Assembly: GCA_015200025.1 (NCBI GenBank)
Contig: CP054186.1
Coordinates: forward strand, 2,838,643 to 2,902,642
Origin: Phycisphaeraceae bacterium
GTDB lineage: Bacteria > Planctomycetota > Phycisphaerae > Phycisphaerales > UBA1924
Length of the DNA: 64,000 nt
Direction of reading: 5' to 3'
Of the stretch, positions 17,741 through 28,374 are shown one piece after another; the first letter of the stretch is position 1; each line of letters begins with the position of its first letter. The notes beneath the pieces are model-generated. The model saw only the letters and a program-made list of their open reading frames with translations, searched no databases and had not been told where the DNA came from. Made by a program: the position numbers and the translations under genes.

Positions 17741-19123
17741 ATGAACCTTCAGGAAGTGAACCGGAACCTCGACAGCATCAGCCGCGAGCGGAACATCGAC
17801 AAGGCGGTCCTGGTGCGGGACCTCGAGCAGGCGATGGTGTCGGCGTGCCGGAAGTATTTCAACAGCCTCGACGTGGAGGAGTTCCAGGCGAAGTTCGACC
17901 CCGAGGCCGGGGCGATGCGGGTCTTCCAGCGCCAGGGTGAGGAGTACGTCCCGCTGAACATGCCCCCCGAGGCCTTCGGGCGGATCGCGGCGCAGACGTT
18001 CAAGCAGGTGATGATCCAGCGGTTCCGGGACGACGAGCGGGCGAGCGTGCTGGAGGAGTTCAGCAAGCGGATCGGGGACATCGTGACGGGGGTGGCGCAG
18101 CGGTACGAGGGCGGGGCGCTGGTGGTGACGATCGACCGGGCCGAGGCGTTCATGCCCAAGAGCGAGCAGATCCCCGGGGAGATGTTCCAGGCCGGGGACC
18201 GGGTCAGGTGCCTGATCCTCGACGTGCGCGACGCGGGGAGCCAGGTCAAGATCGTCCTCAGCCGCGGGCACCCGGACTTCATCAAGCGGCTGTTCGAGGT
18301 CGAGGTCCCCGAGGTGGCCGAGCGGATCATCGAGATCAAGGCGATGGCGCGCGAGGCGGGGTTCCGGACGAAGCTGGCCGTCTCGAGCATGGACAGCAAG
18401 GTGGACGCGGTGGGGGCGTGCGTGGGCGTGCGCGGGAGCCGGATCAAGAACATCGTCGACGAGCTCAACGGGGAGAAGATCGACATCGTGCGGTGGAACG
18501 AGAGCAGCCAGATCCTGATCCAGAACTCGCTCAAGCCCGCGGAGGTGGCGGAGATCAGCCTGTGCTTCGAGCTGGGCCGCGCCACGGTCGTGGTCCGCGA
18601 CGACCAGCTGAGCCTGGCCATCGGGAAGCGCGGGCAGAACGTGCGCCTGGCGGCGAGGCTGACGGGGTGGGACATCGACATCCTCACGCCCGAGGAGTTC
18701 AACAAGGGCCTCGAAACGATGTCGCAGACGCTGCTGGGGATCGAGGGCTTGACGGAGACCGTGGTCGATCGCCTCGGCGCCCTGGGCATGGTGAGCGTGT
18801 TCGATATCGAGGAGGTCGGGGTCGACATCCTGATCAACGAGATCGGGGTCGAGGAATCGCTCGCCCGCCGCGTGGGCGAGGTGTGCGCGGCCAAGGCCAA
18901 GGAAGTCGCGGCCCAGCAGCAGGCCGACAAGGAAGCCAAGGCCAAGGCCGACGCGGCCGCTCAGGCCGCGGCGAAGGCGGCGCTCTCGGGCGACACCCTC
19001 GCCCAGGCCGGGGACGCGGCGGCGGCGGCGATCCTGGGCGCCTCGGCGGAGCCCACGCCCCCGGCGGCGAGCCCCGCGCCCTCCGACGAGGCGCGGGCCG
19101 CGGACATCCTCGGGCAGTCGTAA
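17741..19123 (+). CDS. nusA: Transcription termination/antitermination factor NusA
   Basis: MNLQEVNRNLDSISRERNIDKAVLVRDLEQAM marks the N-terminus. S1 and KH blocks are present (GDRVRCLILDV, RTKLAVSS...DAVGACVG.RGSRI, LSLAIGKRGQNVRLA). GGAGA lies 5 nt upstream of ATG 17741. Confidence 0.95.
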   Translation: MNLQEVNRNLDSISRERNIDKAVLVRDLEQAMVSACRKYFNSLDVEEFQAKFDPEAGAMRVFQRQGEEYVPLNMPPEAFGRIAAQTFKQVMIQRFRDDERASVLEEFSKRIGDIVTGVAQRYEGGALVVTIDRAEAFMPKSEQIPGEMFQAGDRVRCLILDVRDAGSQVKIVLSRGHPDFIKRLFEVEVPEVAERIIEIKAMAREAGFRTKLAVSSMDSKVDAVGACVGVRGSRIKNIVDELNGEKIDIVRWNESSQILIQNSLKPAEVAEISLCFELGRATVVVRDDQLSLAIGKRGQNVRLAARLTGWDIDILTPEEFNKGLETMSQTLLGIEGLTETVVDRLGALGMVSVFDIEEVGVDILINEIGVEESLARRVGEVCAAKAKEVAAQQQADKEAKAKADAAAQAAAKAALSGDTLAQAGDAAAAAILGASAEPTPPAASPAPSDEARAADILGQS

Positions 19124-19217
19124 TCCGCCGGGGCGGATCGGCGTGGAGCGGGGGAGGGGTTGATCGCGGGGGGGTGGCGGGGACGGGCGTGTCGCCCGGT
19201 CGTGATGGAGTTACCGT

Positions 19218-22124
19218 TTGGCCTCGAAGCGAATCTCACAACTGGCGAAAGAACTGGGCGTCGAGTCGAAGACCATCGTGGCCAAGTGCCGCGCCGAAGG
19301 GATCCCCGAATCCCTGGTGAAGGGGCACATGTCGACGGTGTCGGCCGGGCTCGAGGCCACGATCCGCGAGTGGTTCAGCGGCGAGGGCACGGCGACCGCG
19401 GTCGAGACCGCCGAGAAGATCGAGGCCGCACGGATCGCCGAGGGCGAATCGGCCTCCAAAGCCCCGTCCAGGTCCAGGAAGGCCGCGGCCGGGAAGGCGA
19501 CGCCCAGCGAGAGCGACAGCGGCTCGACCACCGCGGTCGTCGACGCGCCGAAGGTGTCCAAGACCATCGAGCGATCGATCAGCGCCGAGCCCGCGACGAC
19601 GCCGGCCGCCCCGGTCGAGGCCAGGCACGAGCCGGTGCGTGCGGCCCCCAAGCCCGTGGTGGTGACCCCCGCGGCGACGTCCGCTCCCGACGAGCCCGCG
19701 GTCCGCGCCACCTCGATCCCCGTCACGCCCACCGTCGTCCCGGCCCCCGCCGCGACCACGGCGGCCCCCCCGGCGTCCGGCCCCCCCGGCGGCGGCGCCC
19801 CCGCGGTCGTCCCCGCGCCGGCGAACGTGCCCCGCAAGCCCACCACCGTGGTGCGCGCCGGGCCGAAACTCGAGATCAAGACCCCGGTGAAGTTGTCCGG
19901 TCCCAAGATCGTGCGGATCGAGGCCCCCGAGCAGATCGAGGCGCCGCGCCCGCGCCGCGTGGGCCCCGGCGGCCCCGGCGTCGGCACGGGCGGGGCCCGG
20001 CCCGCGGCCCGTGGACCCGGCGGCGCGGAGGATGATGACCACGGCCGCAGCCCCCGCCGCAAGGCGGCCCCCGGCGGGGCCCCCGGCCCCAAGCGCTCGA
20101 CGGGCACGGGCGTCCCGGACCGCCGGCGCGCCAGCTCGGGACCCGAGTGGACCGGCGGGGTGTTCAGCGAGCAGGACCTGCTCGAGCGCGAGGCCCGTCT
20201 GGCCCGCTCCGGCGGGTTCGTGCGCAAGCAGCGTCAGGCGTTCAAGACGCGCGACGGCGCGGGCCTGGTGCCCGGGCAGCCCTCGACGGGCAAGATCCGG
20301 ATCGCCGCGCCCTTCACGATCAAGGACCTCTCGGAGGAGACGGGCGTCAAGGCGGCCGAGATCGTCAAGAAGTTGTTCATGCAGGGGGTGATGGCGACGA
20401 TCAACTCGGGCATCGAGCCGGCGAAGGCCATCGAGATCATGATGGACTTCGACATCGAGCTGGAGGTGACCGAGTCCAGGACGGCGGAGGAGACCATCGC
20501 CGACGACCTTGTCAAGCGCGAGGTGGTGGACGAGCGGACGCGCGGGCCGGTGGTGACGATCCTCGGGCACGTCGACCACGGGAAGACGAGCCTGCTGGAC
20601 AAGATCCGCGACGCGAACGTGGCGGCGGGGGAGGCGGGCGGGATCACGCAGCGGACCAGCGCGTTCCGCGTGCCGGTGACGGTCGGCGGGGAGACCAAGG
20701 AAGTGGTCTTCCTCGACACCCCGGGCCACGAGGCGTTCACGAGCATGCGGTCTCGCGGGGCGAGCATGACGGACGTGGTGGTGCTGGTGGTGTCGGCGCC
20801 CGAGGGCGTGATGCCGCAGACCATCGAGTCCATCAACCACGCCAAGGCGGCCGGGGTCCCCATCGTGGTGGCGCTCAACAAGATCGACCGCCCCGACGCG
20901 ACGGAGGGGCAGGTGCAGAAGACGCTGCGTCAGCTGGCCGACGCGGGCCTCCAGCCCTCGGAGTGGGGCGGGGACATCGACGTGGTGAAGACCAGCGCGG
21001 TGACCGGCCAGGGGATCAAGGAGTTGCTCGAGCTGCTGGACCTTCAGGCGCAGGTCAAGGGCCTCAAGGCCGACTTCGGGGGCTCGGCCCGCGGGGTGGT
21101 GATCGAGGCGAGGACCGAGGAGGGTCGCGGGTCGGTGGCGAGCCTGCTGGTGCAGCACGGGAAGCTCAAGGTCGGGGACTTTATCGTCGCGGGCCGGGCG
21201 TTCGGGCGCGTGCGGGATATCCACGACGACCGCGGGTCGAAGATCCGCGAGGCGCTCCCGCCCAGCCCGGTGCAGGTGTCGGGGATCGACATGGTGCCCG
21301 ACGCGGGGGACAAGTTCTACATCGTGGACTCGCTGCGCAAGGCCGAGGAGGCCGCCGAGCAGCGCCGCCACCGCGAGCGCGAGGCGGAGCTGGCCAAGCC
21401 GAAGCTGACGCTCGACAGCCTGTTCACGCAGATGCAGGAGGGCGAGGTCGCGGTCAAGGAGATCAAGGTGGTGCTCAAGGCCGCCGAGCAGGGCACGGTG
21501 GACGTGCTGGCGAAGGAGTGCGAGAAGATCGGGACGGCGGAGGTCAAGGTCCGGGTGCTGCACACGGGGATCGGCGGGATCAACCGCTCGGACGTGCTGC
21601 TGGCCGACGCGTCGCGGGCGATCATCATCGGGTTCAACGTCATCGCGCTGAGCGAGGCGAGGACGCTGGCCGAGCAGAAGGGCGTCGAGATCCGCACGTA
21701 CGACGTGATCTACAACATCACGGACGACCTCAAGGCGGCGGCCGAGGGCCTGCTCTCCCCGGAGCTGAGGCAGGAGATCCTCGGGCACGCGGAGGTCCGC
21801 CAGGTCTTCACCGTCTCGAAGGTCGGGACCATCGCCGGGTGCTACGTGACCGACGGCGTGGTGGAGCGCAACGCGTTCATCCGCGTGACGCGCGGCGGTG
21901 TGGTCGTGCAGAACGAGCGCGTCCTCGAGCAGCTCAAGCGGTTCAAGGACGACGCCCGCGAGGTCCGCGCCGGGATGGAGTGCGGGATGAAGGTCGCCGG
22001 GTACGACGACATCAAGGCCGGGGACGTCATCGAGTGCTACAAGCAGGTCGAGTTCAAGCGGACGCTCGACGGCGGGGTCAAGCCCGTCGAGAAGCCGGGC
22101 GTCAAGGGCGATCGGAAGAAGTAA
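19218..22124 (+). CDS. infB: Translation initiation factor IF-2
   Basis: The N-terminus is [14 protein letters not shown] with a TTG start and GGAG 6 nt upstream. The GTPase motifs [25 protein letters not shown] and NKID are present, followed by the conserved C-terminal domains. Confidence 0.95.
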   Translation: MASKRISQLAKELGVESKTIVAKCRAEGIPESLVKGHMSTVSAGLEATIREWFSGEGTATAVETAEKIEAARIAEGESASKAPSRSRKAAAGKATPSESDSGSTTAVVDAPKVSKTIERSISAEPATTPAAPVEARHEPVRAAPKPVVVTPAATSAPDEPAVRATSIPVTPTVVPAPAATTAAPPASGPPGGGAPAVVPAPANVPRKPTTVVRAGPKLEIKTPVKLSGPKIVRIEAPEQIEAPRPRRVGPGGPGVGTGGARPAARGPGGAEDDDHGRSPRRKAAPGGAPGPKRSTGTGVPDRRRASSGPEWTGGVFSEQDLLEREARLARSGGFVRKQRQAFKTRDGAGLVPGQPSTGKIRIAAPFTIKDLSEETGVKAAEIVKKLFMQGVMATINSGIEPAKAIEIMMDFDIELEVTESRTAEETIADDLVKREVVDERTRGPVVTILGHVDHGKTSLLDKIRDANVAAGEAGGITQRTSAFRVPVTVGGETKEVVFLDTPGHEAFTSMRSRGASMTDVVVLVVSAPEGVMPQTIESINHAKAAGVPIVVALNKIDRPDATEGQVQKTLRQLADAGLQPSEWGGDIDVVKTSAVTGQGIKELLELLDLQAQVKGLKADFGGSARGVVIEARTEEGRGSVASLLVQHGKLKVGDFIVAGRAFGRVRDIHDDRGSKIREALPPSPVQVSGIDMVPDAGDKFYIVDSLRKAEEAAEQRRHREREAELAKPKLTLDSLFTQMQEGEVAVKEIKVVLKAAEQGTVDVLAKECEKIGTAEVKVRVLHTGIGGINRSDVLLADASRAIIIGFNVIALSEARTLAEQKGVEIRTYDVIYNITDDLKAAAEGLLSPELRQEILGHAEVRQVFTVSKVGTIAGCYVTDGVVERNAFIRVTRGGVVVQNERVLEQLKRFKDDAREVRAGMECGMKVAGYDDIKAGDVIECYKQVEFKRTLDGGVKPVEKPGVKGDRKK

Positions 22125-22178
22125 CACGCCGGGCCGGGCTCCGGCCGGGGCGTCGCGCGGGCGGGCAGGACGTAGTCG

Positions 22179-22577
22179 ATGGTTGTCGGTGTGCTGCAGT
22201 TCGAGTTGCTGATCCACGGGGCCGAGTCGCTCAAAGACAAGCGGCGGGTGGTCAGTTCGGTCAAGGACCGCCTCCACCGAGAGCACCAGGTCAGCGTCGC
22301 CGAGGTCGCCCGGCAGGACAACCCGGCGGTCGCCGTGCTCGGGGTCGCCCTGGTCAGCGCCGACGGGAGGTACGCCGGCGAGGTTCTCGACCGGATTACC
22401 GCCAAACTCCGCGGGCTGGTCGACGCGGAACTGGGCGAGGTCTCCCGCCACCTGATCCACGGCGTCGAATCACGTGAGGGCTTCGGCGCCGCGGGCGACC
22501 CCGCCGATGATCCCGACGGGACGCTGGCGGCCGAGCTGCTCCGGCGGGGCGACGAGGCCTTGGGGGGTGAAGGATGA
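22179..22577 (+). CDS. DUF503 (YlxP-like) protein
   Basis: VVGVLQFELLIHGAESLKDKRRVVSSVKDRL matches the family. It sits in the conserved position between infB and rbfA. Confidence 0.8.
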   Translation: MVVGVLQFELLIHGAESLKDKRRVVSSVKDRLHREHQVSVAEVARQDNPAVAVLGVALVSADGRYAGEVLDRITAKLRGLVDAELGEVSRHLIHGVESREGFGAAGDPADDPDGTLAAELLRRGDEALGGEG

Positions 22578-23002
22578 GCCGGCGTTCCGAGCAGATGGCG
22601 TCGCTGCTCCACTCGGCCCTGAGCGAGGTCTTCGCCCGCGGGCTCAACGACCCGCGCGTGGGCGGGCTGATCACGGTGACCGGCGTCCGCGTGACCGAGG
22701 ACCTCTCCCGCGCCGTCGTTCGGGTGTCGGTGCTGCCCGAATCGAAGCAGAAGCTGGCGATGCACGGGATCGAGGCCGCGTCGGCGTGGATCCGCAAACG
22801 AGTCGGCCCGATGGTGGACAGCCGCAAGCTGCCCCAGTTCGTGTTCGAGCTGGATGAGGGGCTCAAGTCGCAGGCGAAGGTGATCGAGGCGCTCGAGCGG
22901 GTCCGGTCCGAGCCGGGGGCGCCGGGGTGGGGCCGCGCCGCGCCGGGCGACGCCGGCGGTGGTCACGGGGTCGGCGGCGAGGCCGCGGGGGAGGGCTCGT
23001 GA
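22574..23002 (+). CDS. rbfA: Ribosome-binding factor A
   Basis: RRSEQMASLLHSALSEVFARGLNDPRVGGLITVTGVRVTEDLSRAVVRVSVL matches RbfA. Its start overlaps the DUF503 stop (ATGA). Confidence 0.9.
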   Translation: MSRRSEQMASLLHSALSEVFARGLNDPRVGGLITVTGVRVTEDLSRAVVRVSVLPESKQKLAMHGIEAASAWIRKRVGPMVDSRKLPQFVFELDEGLKSQAKVIEALERVRSEPGAPGWGRAAPGDAGGGHGVGGEAAGEGS

Positions 23003-23766
23003 GCGTGTCCGACGCGGGCAAGGCGTTCCTAACGCTGGTCAAGCGGCTCCGCGCGAAGTACGCCCACGCGCCGAGCGACTCGCCCGTGTCGCAGGAGCCG
23101 GGCGGCGCGGCCGACGGCCTCGTCGATCAGATGGTCTTCGGGTTCATGCTCTGGGAGTCCTCGTCGTCCGCGGCCAAGACCGCGTTCGAGCGCGTGGGCT
23201 CGGCCTTTGTGGACTACAACGAGCTGCGCATCGCGCTCCCCGAGGAGATCGCGTCGGTGCTCGGCGACGAGGGGGCGCTCGGGCTCGAACGCGCGACCCG
23301 ACTCCGCGCCTCGCTGCGCGACGTCTACGGGCGCGAGCACTCGATCACGCTGGCCCACGTGTCGGAGGCCCCCAAGCGGGAGGCCTGGTCGTACCTGCGG
23401 TCGCTCGAGGGCATGCCCCAGTTTGTCGCCGCCCGGCTGCTGGTCTTCGGGCTCGGGGGCCACGCGGCGCCGGTCGACCGCCGGCTGGCCTCGCTCCTGC
23501 ACGCCGAGGGGGCGTGCCCGGAGGGGCTCGACGAACCCTGGGATATCGGCGCGTGGCTCGAACGACAGGTCAGGGCCAACGAGGCGGGGGCCGTGGCCTC
23601 CGTGCTGCAATCATGGTCCGACGACCGCGGGGGCGCCGCCCGCGCGAGCAACGCCGCCAAGGCCAAAGCGGAGCGGACGCCCAAGGCCGCGAGGGCCCCG
23701 AAAGCCAAGGGCACGCCGGCGTCGGCCAAAGCGAGCGGCGGCCGACCCAAGTCCAAAGGCGGCTGA
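22999..23766 (+). CDS. Hypothetical protein, possibly a degenerate HhH/endonuclease III-like fold, with a Lys/Ala-rich tail
   Basis: A GTG at 22999 overlaps the rbfA stop (GTGA). GMPQFVAARLLVFGLGGHAAPVDRRLASLL resembles the HhH-GPD helix-hairpin-helix region. This assignment is weak. Confidence 0.4.
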   Translation: MSVSDAGKAFLTLVKRLRAKYAHAPSDSPVSQEPGGAADGLVDQMVFGFMLWESSSSAAKTAFERVGSAFVDYNELRIALPEEIASVLGDEGALGLERATRLRASLRDVYGREHSITLAHVSEAPKREAWSYLRSLEGMPQFVAARLLVFGLGGHAAPVDRRLASLLHAEGACPEGLDEPWDIGAWLERQVRANEAGAVASVLQSWSDDRGGAARASNAAKAKAERTPKAARAPKAKGTPASAKASGGRPKSKGG

Positions 23767-23901
23767 GCCGGGGGCTGATCGAGACAGGGCGCGACGACGG
23801 GGCCGGGGCAAGGAGCGGACGCGATGAGCGGGCGAGGGAACGGAAGACGGGGACGTCCCGCGGCGGGCCGGGCGACAAGGACCCAGATCGGTGCCGTGGG
23901 T

Positions 23902-26900
23902 ATGCGTGCGGCGTCCGCGGCGCTGCTGATCTGGATGTCGGGCTGCGCGTCGGGCCATGAATCCCCGCACGGATCGAATCAAGATGCTCACGCCGCGGGC
24001 GAGCCCACACGGGTTGGCCCCTCGGCCATGGAGCGCCTCCGCGCGATGGCGGACGCGGAGGTCGGGGGGGTGGCGGTGGGGGCGGTGGGGGAGGCGCCCG
24101 AGGGGTTGGATGTCCCCACGCTGGCGATCATCCCGCCGGACCAGCGCCGGGGCGATGGGTCGATCGACGCCGCCGGTGCCCTTGAACGGGTCCGCGGCGC
24201 CGTCCCGGCGTCGCTGTCGGCGCTCACGCGATTCCCCGAGGTCAGCGGCGCCTCGAAGGCGGAAGCCTTGTCGCGCTTCGCACGCGGTCGGCAGTTGATG
24301 GCCGAGGGCAAGCCGGCCGAGGCGCTGGTGGAGTTCGAAGCCTCCGCGAAGGCCGATCCCGTCTCGGTGGAGCCCTGGGAGCGGATCGCCGAGGCGCAAT
24401 CGTTGCTCGGGCGGCGTGCGGCGTCGTCGTCGGCGCTGGTCCAAGCCGTCCGCCGGGGGTTCCGCGAGCCCAGAGGCCTGATCGCGCTGGGACGCGAGGC
24501 GGCCCGGTCGCTCAGGCACGACGAGTCGGCGTGGCTCCTGGCGACCGGACGCGAGGGGCTCTCGGGCGAGGACGACGCCGTGCTCCGGGCCCTCGCCGAG
24601 GCCGACTTGGCCGAAGAGTTCGAGCGACGCGGGTGGTATGCGGCGGCGCTCGAGCTGTGGACCCTGGCGGCGTCGGCCGAGCCCGGCGGCGACCGCCCCC
24701 ACGCGGGCGTCGCGGGGCCCGAGCGGGCCGAACTGGTCCGGCGGCGCGGTGAGTTCTGGCAGCGGGTCGGCGATCTGGCGTTCCGTCTCGAACGCCTCGA
24801 CGAGGCCAGAGCCGCCTACGCCAGGGGCGCGGGCGAAGCGTCGCTCGACCCCGGGGCGGTGGTGGCCCGGCGTGTCGTGCTGGCCGCCCGGGCGGGGAGG
24901 CCCGCCGAGGCCGCGCTGGTCCTGCTCGAGAAGATCGCCGCGTCGAAGGGACGGGTCGAGGACCGCGAGCTGGCGCTCCTTCGATCGCTGTCGTCGGACG
25001 CGACGCGGGCCGGGGTGATCTCCGACGCGCTGGGCGAGATCGCGCGCGGGCCCGGGGTCACGGGCAGCGTGGCGGGTCGATTGACGCGTGCCCGGGCCGC
25101 GGTGCTCAGGCCCGACGATGGGCGGGCCGTCCTCGCGGACTATCTCGCCTCCACCCCGGGCGACTCGGACGCCGCCTGGGACCTCGCGGCCTCGTTCGCC
25201 GACGGGGACCTGGCCGCCCGAGATCGGGCCCTCGCCGCCGTCGTCGCGAAAAACCCCAAGGCGTCGAGCGCGGCGGCGGACGCGCTGCTGGCGGACGGGC
25301 GGGGCGTGATCGCGGCGTCGGAGCGGCTGATGAACGCGTCGGGGGAGGCGGAACGGTTGCTCGGCGCAAGGCTGACCGCGGCACTCGGGAAGCCGACCGT
25401 CGCGCTCCGGGTGCTCGACGCCGGCCCGTGGCGCGGCGAGTGTGTCCCCGCGGCACGCGACGCGGAGGCCGAGATCGCGGCGGCGTGCGGCGCCTACGAG
25501 CGGGCGTGGCGCGTGGCGCAAGGGCTCGCGGGCGATCAGTCCGCGTCCGGCCGGGCGTCCTTGGCGTCGGCCCTCGCCGGCGTGCAGCGGTTCGGCGAGG
25601 CCCTCGCCGCGCTCGACCCCGAGGCCCGCTGGGACGCGCTGGCGTTCGACGAGCGGGTGCTCGCCGCCTCGGTCGCGCTGCGGGCGGGCGAAGGCGCTCG
25701 GGCCGAGGCCATGCTCCGGCGTCTCACGGCCGAGGATCCCTCCGATGAGCGGGCCTTCGAAGTCCTCATCCGCCTGTACGCCTCGTCGGGGCCCGGCGGC
25801 GCGCCCGACGAGTCCCTGCTGGGCGTCGTCCGGGCGCTGCGCGAGGGCGTCTCGTCGAGCCGCGTGCTGCGGTTCATCGCGGCGAGCGAGCTGGCGCAGC
25901 GCGGGCAGTGGACACAGGCCGAGGATGGGTTCCTCAGCCTCGCCGAAGAGAACCCCCGCAGCCCGGGGCTGATCGAGAGGCTCGTGACGGTCTGGATGCG
26001 GCAGGGCGGGCCGGCGCTTTCGCGCGGCGGGGCGTGGCTCTCGGCCCGGCTCGCCGCGTCCCCCGAGAACCCCGACTTTCTCGCCGGCATGGCGCGGATC
26101 AGGGCCGCCTCGGGAGATCACGCGGGCGCCCTCGCGATGCTCGACGCGTACACCGCGAAGGCACCGATCCCCGCCCTGCGACGCCTCCGTGAATCGATCA
26201 CCGCCGACCCCGGCGGCGACGAGGCCGGGGCGGCCCGTCTCCGCCTCGAACGCCTGGAGTCGGGGCCCAGGACCATCGAGGAAACGTTCTCGCTCGCGGA
26301 CCTCCTGCTGACCGGCGACCGGGCGTCGGAGGGGCCGCGCGTCGTGCGCGAGGGGCTGCCCGAGTTCGTCCCCCTGACCGACGAGCAGCAGACCGCGTTG
26401 GTGCTGCTGGCGGTGCAGGCGGTCCAGCGGGACACGGCGCTCGCCGGGCGGGGGCCTGCGGTCTCGCCCGGGTATCTCGCGCTGGTCGACGAGCGCGTGA
26501 CGAGCCCGAGGGTCGAGGTGCCCACGGCGCTGCGCGAGGGCATGGTCGTGGCGCTCGCGCAGGCCGACCCGGCGGACCCCGACGCGGTAGCCGCCGCGGT
26601 GCGTTCGATGATCGGGACCCTCCGCGAGCCCGAGCTCAACGCGGTGTCCCGGGTGGCGACGAGGCTCCTCAACGGCGAGAGGCCCGCCGCCGCGGTCACG
26701 TTCGCCGAGGGGCTGGTCAAGGCGGGGTGGACGAGCGAGCGGGCGGAGGTCCTCGCGAGGGTCATCGCGTGGGCGGGCGGGGCGGACGACGCCCGCCGAT
26801 TGATGCCCCTGCTCCTCTCGGGCGACGGGGGGGTCGCGCTGCTCGAACGGCTCATGCAGTCGATGGACCCCATCCCCCCGGCGGGACAACGCGAGCCCGA

Positions 26901-27546
26901 GATCGCCTACCAGCTCGCGTCCCTCGCGGCGGTGCGGGAGCGGCGCGAGGCCGCCGACGGGCTCTACCGCCTCGCGCTCGACTACAACCCCGCGCACACG
27001 ATGACGTGCAACGATTTCGGGTACCACCTCCTCACCGACGGCGGGAAGCCCGAGGAGGGCGCCCGGCTGATCGAGACGGCGTACGCCAGAGACAGCAGCA
27101 ACCCGCACATCCTCGACTCGATCGGGTGGGTCCGGTACCTCCAGGGCCGGCTGCACGACACCGTCGACGAGGCCGGGCGGGTTGTCTCCGAGGGCGCCGT
27201 CTCGCTGCTGATCCGCGCGAGGCTGGCCGACGGGGACGACGACAACACCGAGATGATGGATCACCTCGGCGACGCGCACTGGGCGGTGGGCAAGCGTGAG
27301 GAGGCGTTGGATTTCTGGGGCCGCGCCTCGAGGCTCGCCGACGGGTTCCTCGCCGAACTGCGGGCCCAGGGCGCCTCGGACCAGTCCAGGCAGGTCAAGT
27401 TCTTCCAGGGAATCCGTCGGGCTTCGCAGGAGAAACTCAAAGCGGTGAAGGAAGGCCGCGACCCACCGATCGCGTCCATGATTATGGTCGGGAGCAGGCC
27501 CGTCGGCGGTGGGGGCGACGGTGGTGGGGGCGGTGGGGGCGAATGA
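23902..27546 (+). CDS. Large TPR-repeat lipoprotein
   Basis: MRAASAALLIWMSGCAS has a lipobox-like motif. Helical-repeat sequence runs throughout, including canonical TPR segments near the C-terminus (NDFGYHLL...NPHILDSIGWVRYLQGRL). A poly-Gly tail follows. The alternative start is 23824. Confidence 0.7.
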   Translation: MRAASAALLIWMSGCASGHESPHGSNQDAHAAGEPTRVGPSAMERLRAMADAEVGGVAVGAVGEAPEGLDVPTLAIIPPDQRRGDGSIDAAGALERVRGAVPASLSALTRFPEVSGASKAEALSRFARGRQLMAEGKPAEALVEFEASAKADPVSVEPWERIAEAQSLLGRRAASSSALVQAVRRGFREPRGLIALGREAARSLRHDESAWLLATGREGLSGEDDAVLRALAEADLAEEFERRGWYAAALELWTLAASAEPGGDRPHAGVAGPERAELVRRRGEFWQRVGDLAFRLERLDEARAAYARGAGEASLDPGAVVARRVVLAARAGRPAEAALVLLEKIAASKGRVEDRELALLRSLSSDATRAGVISDALGEIARGPGVTGSVAGRLTRARAAVLRPDDGRAVLADYLASTPGDSDAAWDLAASFADGDLAARDRALAAVVAKNPKASSAAADALLADGRGVIAASERLMNASGEAERLLGARLTAALGKPTVALRVLDAGPWRGECVPAARDAEAEIAAACGAYERAWRVAQGLAGDQSASGRASLASALAGVQRFGEALAALDPEARWDALAFDERVLAASVALRAGEGARAEAMLRRLTAEDPSDERAFEVLIRLYASSGPGGAPDESLLGVVRALREGVSSSRVLRFIAASELAQRGQWTQAEDGFLSLAEENPRSPGLIERLVTVWMRQGGPALSRGGAWLSARLAASPENPDFLAGMARIRAASGDHAGALAMLDAYTAKAPIPALRRLRESITADPGGDEAGAARLRLERLESGPRTIEETFSLADLLLTGDRASEGPRVVREGLPEFVPLTDEQQTALVLLAVQAVQRDTALAGRGPAVSPGYLALVDERVTSPRVEVPTALREGMVVALAQADPADPDAVAAAVRSMIGTLREPELNAVSRVATRLLNGERPAAAVTFAEGLVKAGWTSERAEVLARVIAWAGGADDARRLMPLLLSGDGGVALLERLMQSMDPIPPAGQREPEIAYQLASLAAVRERREAADGLYRLALDYNPAHTMTCNDFGYHLLTDGGKPEEGARLIETAYARDSSNPHILDSIGWVRYLQGRLHDTVDEAGRVVSEGAVSLLIRARLADGDDDNTEMMDHLGDAHWAVGKREEALDFWGRASRLADGFLAELRAQGASDQSRQVKFFQGIRRASQEKLKAVKEGRDPPIASMIMVGSRPVGGGGDGGGGGGGE

Positions 27547-27564
27547 TCGAGCGAGGGAGCACCC

Positions 27565-28296
27565 GTGGCCGGACATAACAAGTGGAGCAAAATCAAGCAC
27601 CGCAAGGCGGTCGTCGATAAGCGCCGGGGCAAGGTCTGGACCAAGGTGTCCAAGGCGATCATCGTGGCGGCCAGGCACGGGGGCCCCGACCCGGCCAGCA
27701 ACCTCGCCCTCCGATACGCCATCGACGAGGCCCGCTACGCCAACATGCCCCGCGACACCATCGAGCGGGCCATCAAGAAGGGCGCGGGCGGCGAGGACAC
27801 GAGCCAGTACGAGACCGTCCGCTACGAGGGCTACGCGCCCGGCGGCGTCGCCGTCGTCGTCGACGCGCTCACCGACAACCGCACCCGCACCGCCGCGGAC
27901 GTCCGCGGCGCCTTCAACGACCACGGCGGCAACCTCGGCACCGCCGGGTGCGTCGGCTACATGTTCCTCCCCCGCGGGCGAGTGCTCGTCGCCCCGGCGG
28001 GCGTGAGCGAGGACGCGATCATGGGCGTGGCCATCGAGGCCGGCGCCGCCGACATCCGCCCGCCCGAGGACGACGGCGACCCCTGGGAGGTCCTCACCGA
28101 TATCCCCGCCTTCCTCCGCGTCAAAGACGCCATCGAGAGCGCGGGGTTCACCATCGAAGAGGCCTCGCTCGCGATGGTGCCCGAGGCCACCAGCGCCGTC
28201 TCGGGCGAGACGGCCGACCGCGTCGGGGAGATCATCGAGGCCCTCGAAGAACTCGACGACGTCCAGAAGGTCTACACCAACGCGGACTTCCGGTAG
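27565..28296 (+). CDS. yebC: YebC/PmpR family DNA-binding transcriptional regulator
   Basis: AGHNKWSKIKHRKAVVDKRRGKVWTK and full-length similarity to the family support the call. The start is GTG. Confidence 0.9.
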   Translation: MAGHNKWSKIKHRKAVVDKRRGKVWTKVSKAIIVAARHGGPDPASNLALRYAIDEARYANMPRDTIERAIKKGAGGEDTSQYETVRYEGYAPGGVAVVVDALTDNRTRTAADVRGAFNDHGGNLGTAGCVGYMFLPRGRVLVAPAGVSEDAIMGVAIEAGAADIRPPEDDGDPWEVLTDIPAFLRVKDAIESAGFTIEEASLAMVPEATSAVSGETADRVGEIIEALEELDDVQKVYTNADFR

Positions 28297-28374
28297 CCCC
28301 CACGCGATCGAGCGGCAGTCCGACGATCGGCAGTCCGACGATCGGCGGGGCGGCGGAGCGGCGGGGCGAGGGAA

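Noticed and set aside
19236-22460. A 1074-aa ORF on the minus strand opposite infB; also the + frame ORF at 20147-22477.
   Set aside because: The translation is Arg/Gly/Pro/Asp-rich low complexity with no motifs. It lies antisense or out of frame to an unambiguous IF-2 gene. This is a typical shadow ORF of high-GC DNA.
23611-27924. A 1437-aa ORF on the minus strand opposite the TPR lipoprotein and yebC.
   Set aside because: It has the same shadow-ORF composition and spans two well-supported + strand genes.
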